Of a stretch of DNA of 64,000 bases, positions 1 through 9,463 are shown piece by piece. The translations under genes and the position numbers were made by a program. This stretch comes from an uncultured Planctomycetota bacterium (lineage in GTDB: Bacteria; Planctomycetota; Phycisphaerae; Tepidisphaerales; Tepidisphaeraceae): assembly GCA_963841915.1 (NCBI GenBank), contig CAWJEN010000005.1, positions 192,001 through 256,000 of the forward strand. Direction: 5' to 3'. The notes under the pieces were generated by a model. It was given only the letters and a program-made list of their open reading frames with translations, did not search any database and was not told the DNA's origin. Every line of letters begins with the position of its first letter. The first letter of the stretch is position 1.

Positions 1-13
1 GCATGAGGCGGCG

Positions 14-340
14 TTGCTTCCTCTGCAGTACTCGCTGCCGATGATCGGCGACGGCATCGAGGTCGTGCCGAGTTATGGACGGTTCCACGTGCACGAAGCG
101 CCGGCCGGCTTCGTGCCTCGGCTCGCATTGGCCGACGTCCCGAGTTCCGTGCAGTCGAAGGTTCCGCTGTTGATTGAAGTGGACGTCCCGACGCAGGTGC
201 GGACGGAGATCCCACAACTCCTCCAATCTCATGTGCCGCGACTCGCTCGACAACGGGAACCCGATGCACTCAGTACCGATGTCCCGCCCCCGCCTCTGTC
301 CGTCGTGACCAAGACCCTTCGCACAGCATCAGACTTCTGA
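14..340 (+). CDS. Hypothetical phage protein (start uncertain, may extend upstream)
   Basis: ORF ending 3 nt before the next ORF, same strand as the phage late genes; no motif recognised. Confidence 0.4.
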   Translation: MLPLQYSLPMIGDGIEVVPSYGRFHVHEAPAGFVPRLALADVPSSVQSKVPLLIEVDVPTQVRTEIPQLLQSHVPRLARQREPDALSTDVPPPPLSVVTKTLRTASDF

Positions 341-343
341 TCC

Positions 344-736
344 ATGGCTCGCCGACTACCAGCAAACCTCATCGCCGAGTATGTGCCAGCCAAGTCGGCC
401 GGATCTCTGCTCGCGCACCTGCCATCTCCCGATGGTTCGCTGCCGCTTGCCGCTGACGTAGTGACTGAGACGCTCTACGTCACCAAGCTGCCCGACTCTG
501 ACAATCCAGTCACCACCAGCAGATCGGCCGCCGGGTCTCTGCTCGCAGCAGCGAAGACGAAGGATCAAGACGTTCGGTGGAGTGACGCGAAAGACATGAA
601 CGTCGACCTGCGGATCAATGATGCCGACTTGGCTGAAGCTGAGGAGTACCAGGTAGATCTACAAGTCAATCTCAGCAGCGGCGAGACGATCGTCGCCAGC
701 TGGCGTGTCCTGGCCTACAGGACGTTTGTCAGCTGA
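344..736 (+). CDS. Hypothetical phage protein
   Basis: 130-aa ATG ORF, plausible composition, co-oriented with structural genes. Confidence 0.6.
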   Translation: MARRLPANLIAEYVPAKSAGSLLAHLPSPDGSLPLAADVVTETLYVTKLPDSDNPVTTSRSAAGSLLAAAKTKDQDVRWSDAKDMNVDLRINDADLAEAEEYQVDLQVNLSSGETIVASWRVLAYRTFVS

Positions 737-777
737 TACAGCAGCCCTGAGGCGTCTCAGGCAGGCAGCCTGATGCA

Positions 778-812
778 ACGGGTCCCTTTCGCGAGGAAAA
801 AGACGGGGCCTG
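778..812 (+). other. Candidate cos (packaging) site
   Basis: ACGGGTCCCTTTC...ACGGGGC just upstream of terminase resembles lambda cosQ (GGGTCCT) followed by the cosN junction. Confidence 0.35.
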
Positions 813-860
813 GCAAAGGGAACAGTCGGGAAAGTATGTGTCGTCCGTCCTACGTCCGCC

Positions 861-2902
861 ATGCCACGAGATCGCCACCACGATGATGACGAGCTGCGGA
901 GCATCGACGTTGATCGCAAGCGAGCGGACCGCAGTAAAGGCCGAGACATCGGTCCGCTGCCAGGCGTCCGCGAGCCGGAGCGGCGGAAGCGCTGCGAGCT
1001 GAACCTCGAGGCATTCTGCGAGACCTATCACCCTGCCGTTTTCAGTCTCGGGTGGGCGCCGTTTCACCACACGATCCTCGACAAGCTGCAGTCGGCGATC
1101 CTGGACGGCGGCCTGTCTGCCATGGCGTTACCACGCGGCAGCGGCAAGACGAGCTGCGCGTAGCTGCCTGCGAGTGGGCCCTGCTGTACGGGCATCGCAG
1201 CTTCGTCGTGATGGTCGGCGCGTCAGCGGATGCGGCCGAGCGGCTGCTCGACGGCCTCAAGGCCGATTTCGAGCACAACGATCTTCTGCTCGAGGACTTC
1301 CCCGAGGTCATCCACCCGATCCGGGCGCTTGAGGGGATCGGCCGCCGGGCTGAGGGCCAGCTGCTCGACGGCCAGCGAACACTGATCGACTGGAACAAGA
1401 AGGTCGCGACACTGCCGACGGTGCCGGGCTCGAAGGCGAGCGGTGCCACCGTCAGTGTCGCGGGCATCACCGGTCGGATCCGCGGACTCCAAGCGACGCG
1501 GCCGAGTGACGGGGCGAAGATCCGTCCGGACCTGGTCATCGTTGATGATCCGCAGACCGACGAGTCTGCAAGGTCGGCGAAACAGGTGCGGGACCGCTTG
1601 GCGACGATGAACCAGGCGATCCTTGGTCTGGCCGGTCCGGGCAAGGCGATCGCCGGCGTGTGCCCGTGCACCGTGATCGTCAAGGGCGACGTCGCCGACC
1701 AGCTGCTCGACCGGAAGGAGAATCCCGAATGGCGTGGCGAGCGGGTGAAGCTCATGCCGGCTGAGCCAACGGACATCAAGCTGTGGGAGCGGTATGCGGA
1801 GATCCGGGCCGACGCACTGAGGAACGACGATGGCCTTGGCCCCGCGACGGCGTTCTACATCGAGCATCGAGCCGAGCTGGACGCCGGGGCAGCGGTGTCA
1901 TGGCCGGAACGCTTTGACCCTGGTGAGGCATCGGCGATCCAGTCGGCGATGAACCTGAAGTTACGTGACAACGCCTCATTCCAGGCAGAGTTCCAGAACG
2001 ACCCGATGTCTGAGGTTACCGAGACACTACTCAAGCTCGAGCCGCACCAGGTCACGGTTAAGGCGATCGACGTGCCACAGGGTGTCGTGCCCGACAGCTG
2101 CGAGATCATCACCGCCGGCATAGACGTCCAGGGGCAAGTCCTGTTCTGGCTCATCGCCGGGTTCGACGAATACTTCGGCACGCACGTCGTCGACTACGGG
2201 GCCTGGCCTCGCCAGCAGAGGTCTCATTTCACGCTCGGCGAGCTGAACCCGACGCTCGACTCTCTGACGCCTGGTGCAACGCTCGAGGGGCGGCTGCGGC
2301 ACGGCCTCGAAGGCCTGACGGACTTTCTTGCGGACCGTTACAGCCATGCCGACGGTCGCCGCGCCACGATCGCTCGGATGGTGGTCGACGCCAACTGGGG
2401 CCAGTCGACGACGACGGTGGAGCAATTTGCGAAGGAGACGACGCACCCGGTGCTACCAGCCTTCGGTCGCGGCATCACGGCCGATCGTCGGCCGATCAGC
2501 GAGTACAGCCGCAAGCCCGGTGAGCGGCTCGGCCACGGTTGGTACGTCAACGAACGCGGCCAACTGATCTTCGACTCCAACCTCTGGAAGACGGGGCTGG
2601 CCGAGCGGATCCTGCAGCCGATCGATGGCCGGGGCCCGCTCACGCTGTTCGAAGGGTCCGACCTGAAGCACCGAATGCTCGCCGAGCACGTGACGGCCGA
2701 GTATCCCATACCGACGCAGGGGCAAGGTCGTCTCGTCAACGTCTGGCGGATCCGCCCGGGCCGCAGCGATAACCACCTGCTCGACTGCCTATCCATGGCC
2801 AGTGTCGGCGCGAGCGAGCAAGGCGTGAGGATCGCAGGCCAGGTTGAGATCGAGCAGGACAAGAAGCGGAGCCGGCGTCGCAAGCTCCAAGTGACGTTCT
2901 GA
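861..2902 (+). pseudogene. Terminase large subunit (GpA-like), frameshifted near 1150-1160
   Basis: Walker A LPRGSGKT at the end of ORF 861-1163 continues in another frame (ORF 1052-2902) with Walker B LVIVDDPQ, nuclease GIDVQ and DNHLLDC motifs. Confidence 0.9.
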
Positions 2903-2924
2903 CGCCGGCGACGCTCTGTAAGGC

Positions 2925-3398
2925 ATGGCCAGCAGGAAGAACGCGACGAAGCAGAGCAAGCCGGCCCCAGCCCCAGCGACGCCCGTCGAACCGACGCCGG
3001 CAGAGACTGAATCGGCTACGCCAGAGGCCGAGACCTCCCCGCCGGCCGAGTCGGTCGCGGCATCCCCCGCGGACACCACCGCCAGTGCCAGCGACGCTGA
3101 ACCGCAAGCCGATGGTGATGTACCGCCGGCACCCGATGCCGATCCACAGCCCCCAGCCCCGCCCGCGAGCGAAGAGCCCGCCGTTGCCGCCAAGATTGAT
3201 CGACAGGAGCAGAACCCGCGATGCCGTTGCGGCTGCCATCACGACCGGAAGATCCGCAACCTTCCCGAAATCGCAACGCCTGGCAAGTACGACGACTTTG
3301 CATACGACCGGCTCGAGCGTCGCATCGCGTCCTGTTCTGAATGTGGCTGCGTCCGCGTGATCACCACGATGGTCGCCGAGGAGGCCACGGCCGAGTGA
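2925..3398 (+). CDS. Hypothetical protein, Pro/Ala/acidic linker plus C-terminal CxC..CxxC zinc-ribbon-like region
   Basis: ATG ORF between terminase and head-tail gene; CRCGC and CSECGC motifs. Confidence 0.65.
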   Translation: MASRKNATKQSKPAPAPATPVEPTPAETESATPEAETSPPAESVAASPADTTASASDAEPQADGDVPPAPDADPQPPAPPASEEPAVAAKIDRQEQNPRCRCGCHHDRKIRNLPEIATPGKYDDFAYDRLERRIASCSECGCVRVITTMVAEEATAE

Positions 3399-3622
3399 GC
3401 GGCCCTGTAGTCACAACCACCGCGGTGACGATGGTCGCCACGCTTGAAGCCGCCCTGGCAAAGAACGCCGGCGTGGTCGAGGTGGTCGTGGACGGGCAGA
3501 AGGTGCGGTGGGACCGGGCTCAGGCACTAGCCGAACTGAAGTACTGGCGGAACCGCGTCGCCCGATCCACGGGCCGTCGGCCGCTGTTCCGCGGCATGGA
3601 CCTATCGGGAGGCGCTGCGTGA
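3395..3622 (+). CDS. Head-tail joining protein (gpW-like)
   Basis: GTGA-coupled 75-aa ORF just before portal; VVVDGQKVRW..ELKYWR pattern typical of this position. Confidence 0.7.
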   Translation: MSGPVVTTTAVTMVATLEAALAKNAGVVEVVVDGQKVRWDRAQALAELKYWRNRVARSTGRRPLFRGMDLSGGAA

Positions 3623-3624
3623 CG

Positions 3625-4995
3625 ATGAACCCGCTCAAATGGTCGTGGCTGCCAACCGGCTACGACGCCGCCAAACCATCTAAGCGGCGCAAGGCAGAGG
3701 TGACCAACCTTCGCCGGGAGGACGATCTGCTTAAGGACCGCGACCGCGACAAGGTCATGTCGCAGACACGGTCTCTGCGCCGCAACTCGTCGCTGGCGAA
3801 GTGGGCCATCAACAAACACCTCGACCACGTCAGCACGTTCACGGATCAGTGCCGCAGCGGTGACGTACAGCTCGATCGCCGGGTCGAGACCTTCATCCGC
3901 AAGTGGTCTCGCCGCGATCGGTGCGACGTCTCCGGCCGCTTCGACTTCGATCGCCTGATTCGCCTGATCGAGGGCTTGGCCGTGGTCGACGGCGACGTGT
4001 TCGTCAGCCAGATCAGCGACGGCCGCCTGCAGATCATCGAAGCCGACCGCGTCCGAACGCCCACCGACTGGGGCGACACGCCTGAGGAGATTCGCAAAGG
4101 CAACTGGATCAACGGCGTCCAGGTCACCGACACGGGCAAGCCGCTGCGATACGCAGTCTGCGACCGAGAGGGTGCCGGCTACGTGCTCCGGTCGATCCTG
4201 CCGGCGCGATACGTGTACCACCACGCCTATCTCGACCGTTACGACCAGGTGCGAGGCGTCAGCCCACTGGCGTCGGCGATCAACGCGATCCTCGACGTCA
4301 AGGAGTGCCAGCAGCATGCCCTGGCCAAGGCGAAGCTGTCGCAGATCTTCGGCCTGAAGCTCAAGCGTGCCGAGACCGAGGACGACGATGTCGGGGCCGA
4401 TTACAAGTTCAGCTTCGATGACGGGCCGCAGACGCTCGACCTCGACAGCGGCGACGATGCCGAGTTCCTCGAGAGCCGCAACCCGTCGACGGAGTTCCAG
4501 GCCTTCATGCAGGAGGTCATCGGCGAGGCCCTGAAGTCGCTCGACATCCCATACAGCGCGTGGAACGAAAGTTTCACGAACTACAGCGGGTCGCGGTCGG
4601 CTTTGCTGCAGTACGAGCAGAGTTCGAGCAACAAACGCAAGGTGCTACGGACGCTTCGCGGCGAGCTCCTGGCGTGGGCGATCGGCATCGGCGTCATGGA
4701 CGGCGAGCTGGATCTCGGCGGCCGCAATGTCGAAGGGCTCAACCTAAAGCACATCGGCGTCGGTTTGCCGTGGATCGACCCGCTCAAAGAGACGAAGGCG
4801 GAGATCGAAGCTGTCGCTGGCGGTCTGCGGTCGCGGCAGGAGATCTCGATGAGCCACGGCCGCGACTGGTTCGAAGTCGCGGATCAGCTTCATGACGAAG
4901 AGATCTACGCAGCAGGCATCGGCCTGAGCCTGTCCGCGGATGTCGCGAACCTCGAAGAACCTGACGAGAAAAATCCCGATGACGAAGAAAAATAA
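3625..4995 (+). CDS. Portal protein, lambda family
   Basis: GYDAA N-terminus, DGDVF, IEADR, QVRGVSPLA, NYSGSRS and WIDPLKE motifs. Confidence 0.92.
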   Translation: MNPLKWSWLPTGYDAAKPSKRRKAEVTNLRREDDLLKDRDRDKVMSQTRSLRRNSSLAKWAINKHLDHVSTFTDQCRSGDVQLDRRVETFIRKWSRRDRCDVSGRFDFDRLIRLIEGLAVVDGDVFVSQISDGRLQIIEADRVRTPTDWGDTPEEIRKGNWINGVQVTDTGKPLRYAVCDREGAGYVLRSILPARYVYHHAYLDRYDQVRGVSPLASAINAILDVKECQQHALAKAKLSQIFGLKLKRAETEDDDVGADYKFSFDDGPQTLDLDSGDDAEFLESRNPSTEFQAFMQEVIGEALKSLDIPYSAWNESFTNYSGSRSALLQYEQSSSNKRKVLRTLRGELLAWAIGIGVMDGELDLGGRNVEGLNLKHIGVGLPWIDPLKETKAEIEAVAGGLRSRQEISMSHGRDWFEVADQLHDEEIYAAGIGLSLSADVANLEEPDEKNPDDEEK

Positions 4996-5980
4996 CAACC
5001 CGCCGGCCGAGGCCTTGCGGACCGTGCTTGCGTTGCCCGCTGAAGTGAAGCTGTCGGCGGGCTCGCCTCAGAACCCGAAGTCGAAGGACGTCCGGCTTGT
5101 CGCTCGCAGTGGTGACCCGATCGACCATTACTACTACGGCAAGGTCGTGCACGACTTCAGCACGATGACCCACAAGCCGGTCATCGCGATCGACTTCGAA
5201 CACTGGCGGGACGAGACGATCGGCTTCGTCAATGGCTTCGACACGTCCGACGGTGACCTGGTGCTGACGGGGCGGCTTACCTCCGTGCTCGAGGGCGACC
5301 GGGCCGAGGAGGTCATGCTGAAGATGGAGGCGGAGTTCCCGTACGAGGCATCGATCGAGTTCGGCGAAGACTTCGACACCGAGTCGTTTGGACCCGGCGA
5401 GACGGCCACGGTCAACGGCCGCGAGGTCGAGGGACCGTTGCTCGTCATCAAGCGGTGGACGCTGCGGGCGGTCGCGATCTGCAAGCTCGGCTATGACGCA
5501 CAGTCGTCTGCCGAGCTGCTGCTGAGCTACGCGGGACGTCCTTTCGGGCCGCAGGCCCTCAGTAAGGGCATGCCCGAAGCTGACAAGCCGGCCGCCGAAG
5601 CCAAGACCGAGACGCCGAAGCCGGCGGATCAAACCCAGAAGCCGGCCGAGCCGACCACGCCCGATGCCGACACGCCGGCCGCCGACACGCCGGCCCCCGC
5701 TGAGGATGCCGCCCCGGCGACGGAGCTGGCGGCCGACGACCCGCGGGCCGAGTTCCGCCGCTTCAAGAACGCCTTCGGCGACAAGGCGGGCGAGTACTTC
5801 GATAAGGGCCTGACGTTCAGCGACGCCACCGTCGAGTTCGTCAAGGCCGTCCGAGCCGAAAACGAAGATCTCCGCACGAAGCTGTCGGCCTCCGGGAACC
5901 GCGGCAACACGCCCGTGCCCGCCGGCTCCAGCGACGACCAGAAACGCCAGTTCAGCGACCTCTTCAAACGTCGCGGCTAA
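4979..5980 (+). CDS. Prohead protease/scaffold protein (probable internal in-frame scaffold start at 5570)
   Basis: Lies between portal and capsid; H..IG and YEASI protease-like motifs; Pro/Ala linker and helical C-terminal part. Confidence 0.75.
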   Translation: MTKKNNNPPAEALRTVLALPAEVKLSAGSPQNPKSKDVRLVARSGDPIDHYYYGKVVHDFSTMTHKPVIAIDFEHWRDETIGFVNGFDTSDGDLVLTGRLTSVLEGDRAEEVMLKMEAEFPYEASIEFGEDFDTESFGPGETATVNGREVEGPLLVIKRWTLRAVAICKLGYDAQSSAELLLSYAGRPFGPQALSKGMPEADKPAAEAKTETPKPADQTQKPAEPTTPDADTPAADTPAPAEDAAPATELAADDPRAEFRRFKNAFGDKAGEYFDKGLTFSDATVEFVKAVRAENEDLRTKLSASGNRGNTPVPAGSSDDQKRQFSDLFKRRG

Positions 5981-6025
5981 CGCGACCCGCCGCTTCCCAC
6001 CCGCCCGCAACCGCCCACACCCAAC

Positions 6026-6983
6026 ATGGCCGAAGAGCTCAAGAACCTCGCCGACCTCCTGCAGATCAACGAAGCCGGCCTTGCCGCTTACGAGCTGTCG
6101 GACCTGCTGAACCGTGCCCCTGTCGTTCGTCGTCTGCCCGCCGTGCCGGCGAGCAACGGCACGATGCACAAGTACCTCAAGGAGGTCACGGCACCGACTG
6201 TCGGCTACCGCCCGATCAACGTGGGCCGCGAGAACTCCAAGTCGGGCGACGTGCTCGTCACCCAGAACCTGAAGTACCTCGACGCTTCCTTCGACGTCGA
6301 CGTCGCCTTCCTGTCGGGCCTCGTCATGCCGGAGGAGCAATTCCTGTCTCGCGAGGCTCGACGCCACTTGGCGGCCGGACTTCACAAGACGGAGCAACAG
6401 CTCTGGTATGGCGCTGCTCAACGGGGATGACGACGGCTTTGTCGGCATCAATGACACGCTTCGCTACACCGACACCGCCGGGGTGATCAACGCCGGCGGC
6501 ACGACCGCGAACACCGGCTCGAGCGTCTACCTGCTCTACGCCCCCGCCGACTACAGCGGCGCTGCGGTCGTTTCCGGCAAGAACGGCGAGCTGTCGATCG
6601 GCGACCCCTACATGGCGAAGAAGGAGGATCTGGTCAATGGCGGCAGCTTCGACGTGAAGCGGACGCCAATGGGCACGTGGACCGGGTTCCAGTTCGGCAC
6701 CGCCTACAGCGTCATTCGCATCGCAAACCTGACCGAGCAGGATGGTAAGGGCCTGACGGACGATCTAATCGCCAAGGGCATCGAGCGGTGCCCCAGCGGC
6801 ATGGAACCGACGATGATCGTCGGCAGCCGGCGGTCACAGTTCCAGCTTCGGGCCAGCCGCCAGCCGCGCGGCAACAACGTCATGGTCGCACCCGTCCCCG
6901 TCCCGACCGATGCCTTTGGCATCGAGTTCGTGACAACCGACTCGATCTCCAACGTCGAGCCGATCGTCATCGACGAGGCCTGA
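6026..6983 (+). pseudogene. Major capsid protein, frameshifted near 6410
   Basis: ORF 6026-6430 continues as ORF 6408-6983 (LWYG / LLNGDDDGF); combined about 318 aa, HK97-like ending FGIEFVTTDSI; followed by terminator. Confidence 0.85.
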
Positions 6984-7007
6984 ACCTGAAGGTGGTGTCT
7001 CCTCCGC

Positions 7008-7047
7008 CGGCCCCGGCTGACTTCGGTCGGCCGGGGCCGACTGTTTT
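7008..7047 (+). terminator. Rho-independent terminator after capsid gene
   Basis: 14-bp GC stem CGGCCCCGGCTGAC / GTCGGCCGGGGCCG, UUCG loop, followed by CTGTTTT. Confidence 0.75.
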
Positions 7048-7062
7048 CCTGAACCTGGCTAT

Positions 7063-7440
7063 ATGTCGATCTTCACAGACGCCCTCAGCGCCGGACTTGC
7101 TGCCGTGGCCGAAACGGCCGGCGATCCCGTCGAGTACGCCCGCGGCGAGATCGTCGTACAGCTCGTCGCCGTCGAGGGCCACAGCCGGCACGAGTCCAAC
7201 GACGCCCGCGGCCAGGCGGTCACGACGATGACCGTCGACTTCCTCGTCGCGACCGCCGACTTCCTTGCCGCAGGGCTCGAGCTGCCAATCGAGGGGGATG
7301 TTGTTCGCGTCGGAGCAGGCGTCGCCGCGACGTCACACGAAGTTCGCAAGCCTGACGGAGCCGACGCCGCCTGGCGGTACATGGATGCAGGCCGCACGCG
7401 GATCCGTATCCACACCACGAGCATCACGGAGACGCCATGA
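7063..7440 (+). CDS. Head-tail adaptor/closure protein (gpFII-like)
   Basis: Position after capsid; VEYARG..DFLV..P..GD..RIRIHT pattern. Confidence 0.7.
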   Translation: MSIFTDALSAGLAAVAETAGDPVEYARGEIVVQLVAVEGHSRHESNDARGQAVTTMTVDFLVATADFLAAGLELPIEGDVVRVGAGVAATSHEVRKPDGADAAWRYMDAGRTRIRIHTTSITETP

Positions 7441-7862
7441 TCGGGATCACCGACGTCGTCAAAGCGGTGGTCGCCTCCGTCGCGATCGTCGACTTTGCTG
7501 GTGAGGCCGTCGCTGTCGGCCGCACCTACGACCCGAGCTACGACAGCCGCACCACGTCAGACCTGAAGGTTGACGTCATCGCCCAGGCATCGTCTCACGC
7601 GGCCGACGCCCGCGGCGACGTCGGCGCAAAGTACCACCTGGCCGTCGGCATTCGCAAACGGGTCGGCAAGAACACGGAGCTGGAGGCGGTGGATGAGCTT
7701 GTCGAGTATCAGCAAGCCGTGGCCGACCTGCTGATGGAGAGCGAGTTCGACCGCTTCTTCGTCGAATCAGTGGACGCGACCCCTCTGTACGACTGGAAGA
7801 CGCTCGACGAGCGAGGCGTCTACGTCGGGGCCCTGTCCCTCACCATCACAACAACGAGTTAG
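7437..7862 (+). CDS. Putative tail terminator/completion protein
   Basis: ATGA-coupled, 141 aa, directly before tail tube. Confidence 0.6.
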   Translation: MIGITDVVKAVVASVAIVDFAGEAVAVGRTYDPSYDSRTTSDLKVDVIAQASSHAADARGDVGAKYHLAVGIRKRVGKNTELEAVDELVEYQQAVADLLMESEFDRFFVESVDATPLYDWKTLDERGVYVGALSLTITTTS

Positions 7863-7864
7863 TC

Positions 7865-8338
7865 ATGAGCAAGCCCGGACGCCTTTGCAAGTTCTACGCC
7901 AACACCGATCTCATCACCGGGACGACCAACGCCGGACGCGCGACCGCGGGCCTGGCCAACATCACTGCCGGCGACGAGGTGACGCTTGCCAGGGACATCA
8001 CGACCAACCTCACCCGTGAGACCTTCGAAGCTGCGAGCCGCGGCAGCGACTGGGACTACATGCAGGTCGGTCTGAAGGACGGGACGATCAGCGGCGAGCT
8101 CCTGTTCAAGGAAGATGACCCCGTCTTCGATCTGCTGGAGTCGGCGTTCGACAACGGCACGCCCGTGTTCCTGGCCAGTCTCTCCGGTGCGTACACCGTC
8201 GAAGGCAGCCGTGGACTGCTCGGCAACTACAGCGTCACCACGTTCACCCGCAACGAGCCGCTCCGCAACACCACGACCGTCACGTTCGAGGCCAAGCCTC
8301 ACAGCGACGTGGCGTTCGCCAAGGTGCCGGCGGCCTAA
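7865..8338 (+). CDS. Major tail (tube) protein
   Basis: 157 aa, beta-rich; SR..W....GLKDGTISG and FTRNEPL..VTF patterns of siphoviral tube proteins. Confidence 0.8.
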   Translation: MSKPGRLCKFYANTDLITGTTNAGRATAGLANITAGDEVTLARDITTNLTRETFEAASRGSDWDYMQVGLKDGTISGELLFKEDDPVFDLLESAFDNGTPVFLASLSGAYTVEGSRGLLGNYSVTTFTRNEPLRNTTTVTFEAKPHSDVAFAKVPAA

Positions 8339-8373
8339 GAGCCCGCTCGCCGCCGCCGACCCCAACCCCCGCC

Positions 8374-8820
8374 ATGCCTGAAAGCTCCACCTTCATCGAC
8401 ACCGAGGGCCATGCCTGGTGCCTCCGGATCACGCTCCCGCTCGCCACTCGTGCGCAGCGCGAGGAGTCGATCGACGTCTTCGCAATTCCATCCGATGAGG
8501 GTGCGGCCGAGGCCATCCGCAGCCCGATCAAGCTCTGCAACCTGCTGTGGTGCCTGGTCCGCGATCAAGCACCGGAAGGCGTCGGCCCCGAGGAGTTTGC
8601 GTCCCGTCTCGGCGACGGCGTGATCCTGCGGGCGGCAGAAGCACTCACCGAGGGCATCGCGGATTTCTTCGGCGGCCACCGACAGGGCCAAACGATCCGC
8701 AAGAGCTGTCGGCTGGCGAGGCTGGCCCTGGACCGGATGATGGACGAGGCGATCGACAAGATGGACGACGTCGAGACGTCATTGAAGCCTGCTACCGGCT
8801 CGGCGGATACGTCGGCGTAG
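8374..8820 (+). CDS. Tail assembly chaperone (G-like)
   Basis: Between tail tube and tape measure; F.D..G..W start and ADFF motif. Confidence 0.75.
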   Translation: MPESSTFIDTEGHAWCLRITLPLATRAQREESIDVFAIPSDEGAAEAIRSPIKLCNLLWCLVRDQAPEGVGPEEFASRLGDGVILRAAEALTEGIADFFGGHRQGQTIRKSCRLARLALDRMMDEAIDKMDDVETSLKPATGSADTSA

Positions 8821-9047
8821 ATCCTCACCGCTTCACCCTCTGGCAACTCCAGGAGCTGGCAGAGGGCAAGCGGTTCGAGCAGTGGCAGCACACGGCACGC
8901 ATGTGCCAGACGATCTCGGCATCAAGCGGCGTCTCTCTCCGCTGGGAAGACATCTTCCCGTTCTACGACGACGGCGAACGCCGTGACGGCGAGCGTGCCG
9001 TGACGAACTTCGACGCCCTCGAGCGAATGTTCGACGACGGATCATGA
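8661..9047 (+). CDS. Tail assembly chaperone extension (T-like), probably made by -1 frameshift
   Basis: Open -1 frame overlapping the chaperone (GVDPHRFTLWQLQELAEG); G_GAT_TTC at 8661-8667 in register. Confidence 0.55.
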   Translation, partial: GFLRRPPTGPNDPQELSAGEAGPGPDDGRGDRQDGRRRDVIEACYRLGGYVGVDPHRFTLWQLQELAEGKRFEQWQHTARMCQTISASSGVSLRWEDIFPFYDDGERRDGERAVTNFDALERMFDDGS

Positions 9048-9439
9048 TCGGCCTCAGCAGCAAAGTGACCTTCGACAAGCGTCGCATCGCCGACGCTGTA
9101 GACGACGCGACGTCCGAGCAGCTCGAGCAGTCGGCTGCGTTCATCCGCGAATCGGCCAGGCGATCCATCAAGACGTCGGACGAGACCTCCCCCGCGGGCT
9201 CGACGCCGAACTCGCAGACGGGCCAGCTCCAGCAGATCTACTTCAGCTTCGATGCCAGCTTGAACGGGTTCGTGATCGGCCCGGCGAAGTTGTCGGGCGT
9301 CGACACGAATGCAGACTTGCACGAGTTCGGCGGTATCAGTGACGACGGCCACCGTTACGCACCCCGGCCGTTCATGAACCCGGCGCTGCGTCGGGAGGTC
9401 AAGAACCTGCTCGGCCGGTTCGCGGGATCCGTCAAATGA
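9044..9439 (+). CDS. Tail completion protein (HK97 gp10-like)
   Basis: S.P G..P..QTGQL, HEFGG and PRPFMNPAL motifs. Confidence 0.75.
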   Translation: MIGLSSKVTFDKRRIADAVDDATSEQLEQSAAFIRESARRSIKTSDETSPAGSTPNSQTGQLQQIYFSFDASLNGFVIGPAKLSGVDTNADLHEFGGISDDGHRYAPRPFMNPALRREVKNLLGRFAGSVK

Positions 9440-9463
9440 TCGTGGCGGACGCCTCTGTAGGGC

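Noticed and set aside
1161..1163. Amber readthrough or recoding in terminase
   Set aside because: The protein continues in a different frame, so readthrough would not restore it.
4784..6457. Long antisense ORFs (also 30628-32052, 45448-46611, 47630-48727, 39184-40167)
   Set aside because: Typical high-GC shadow ORFs opposite well-supported genes; no motifs.
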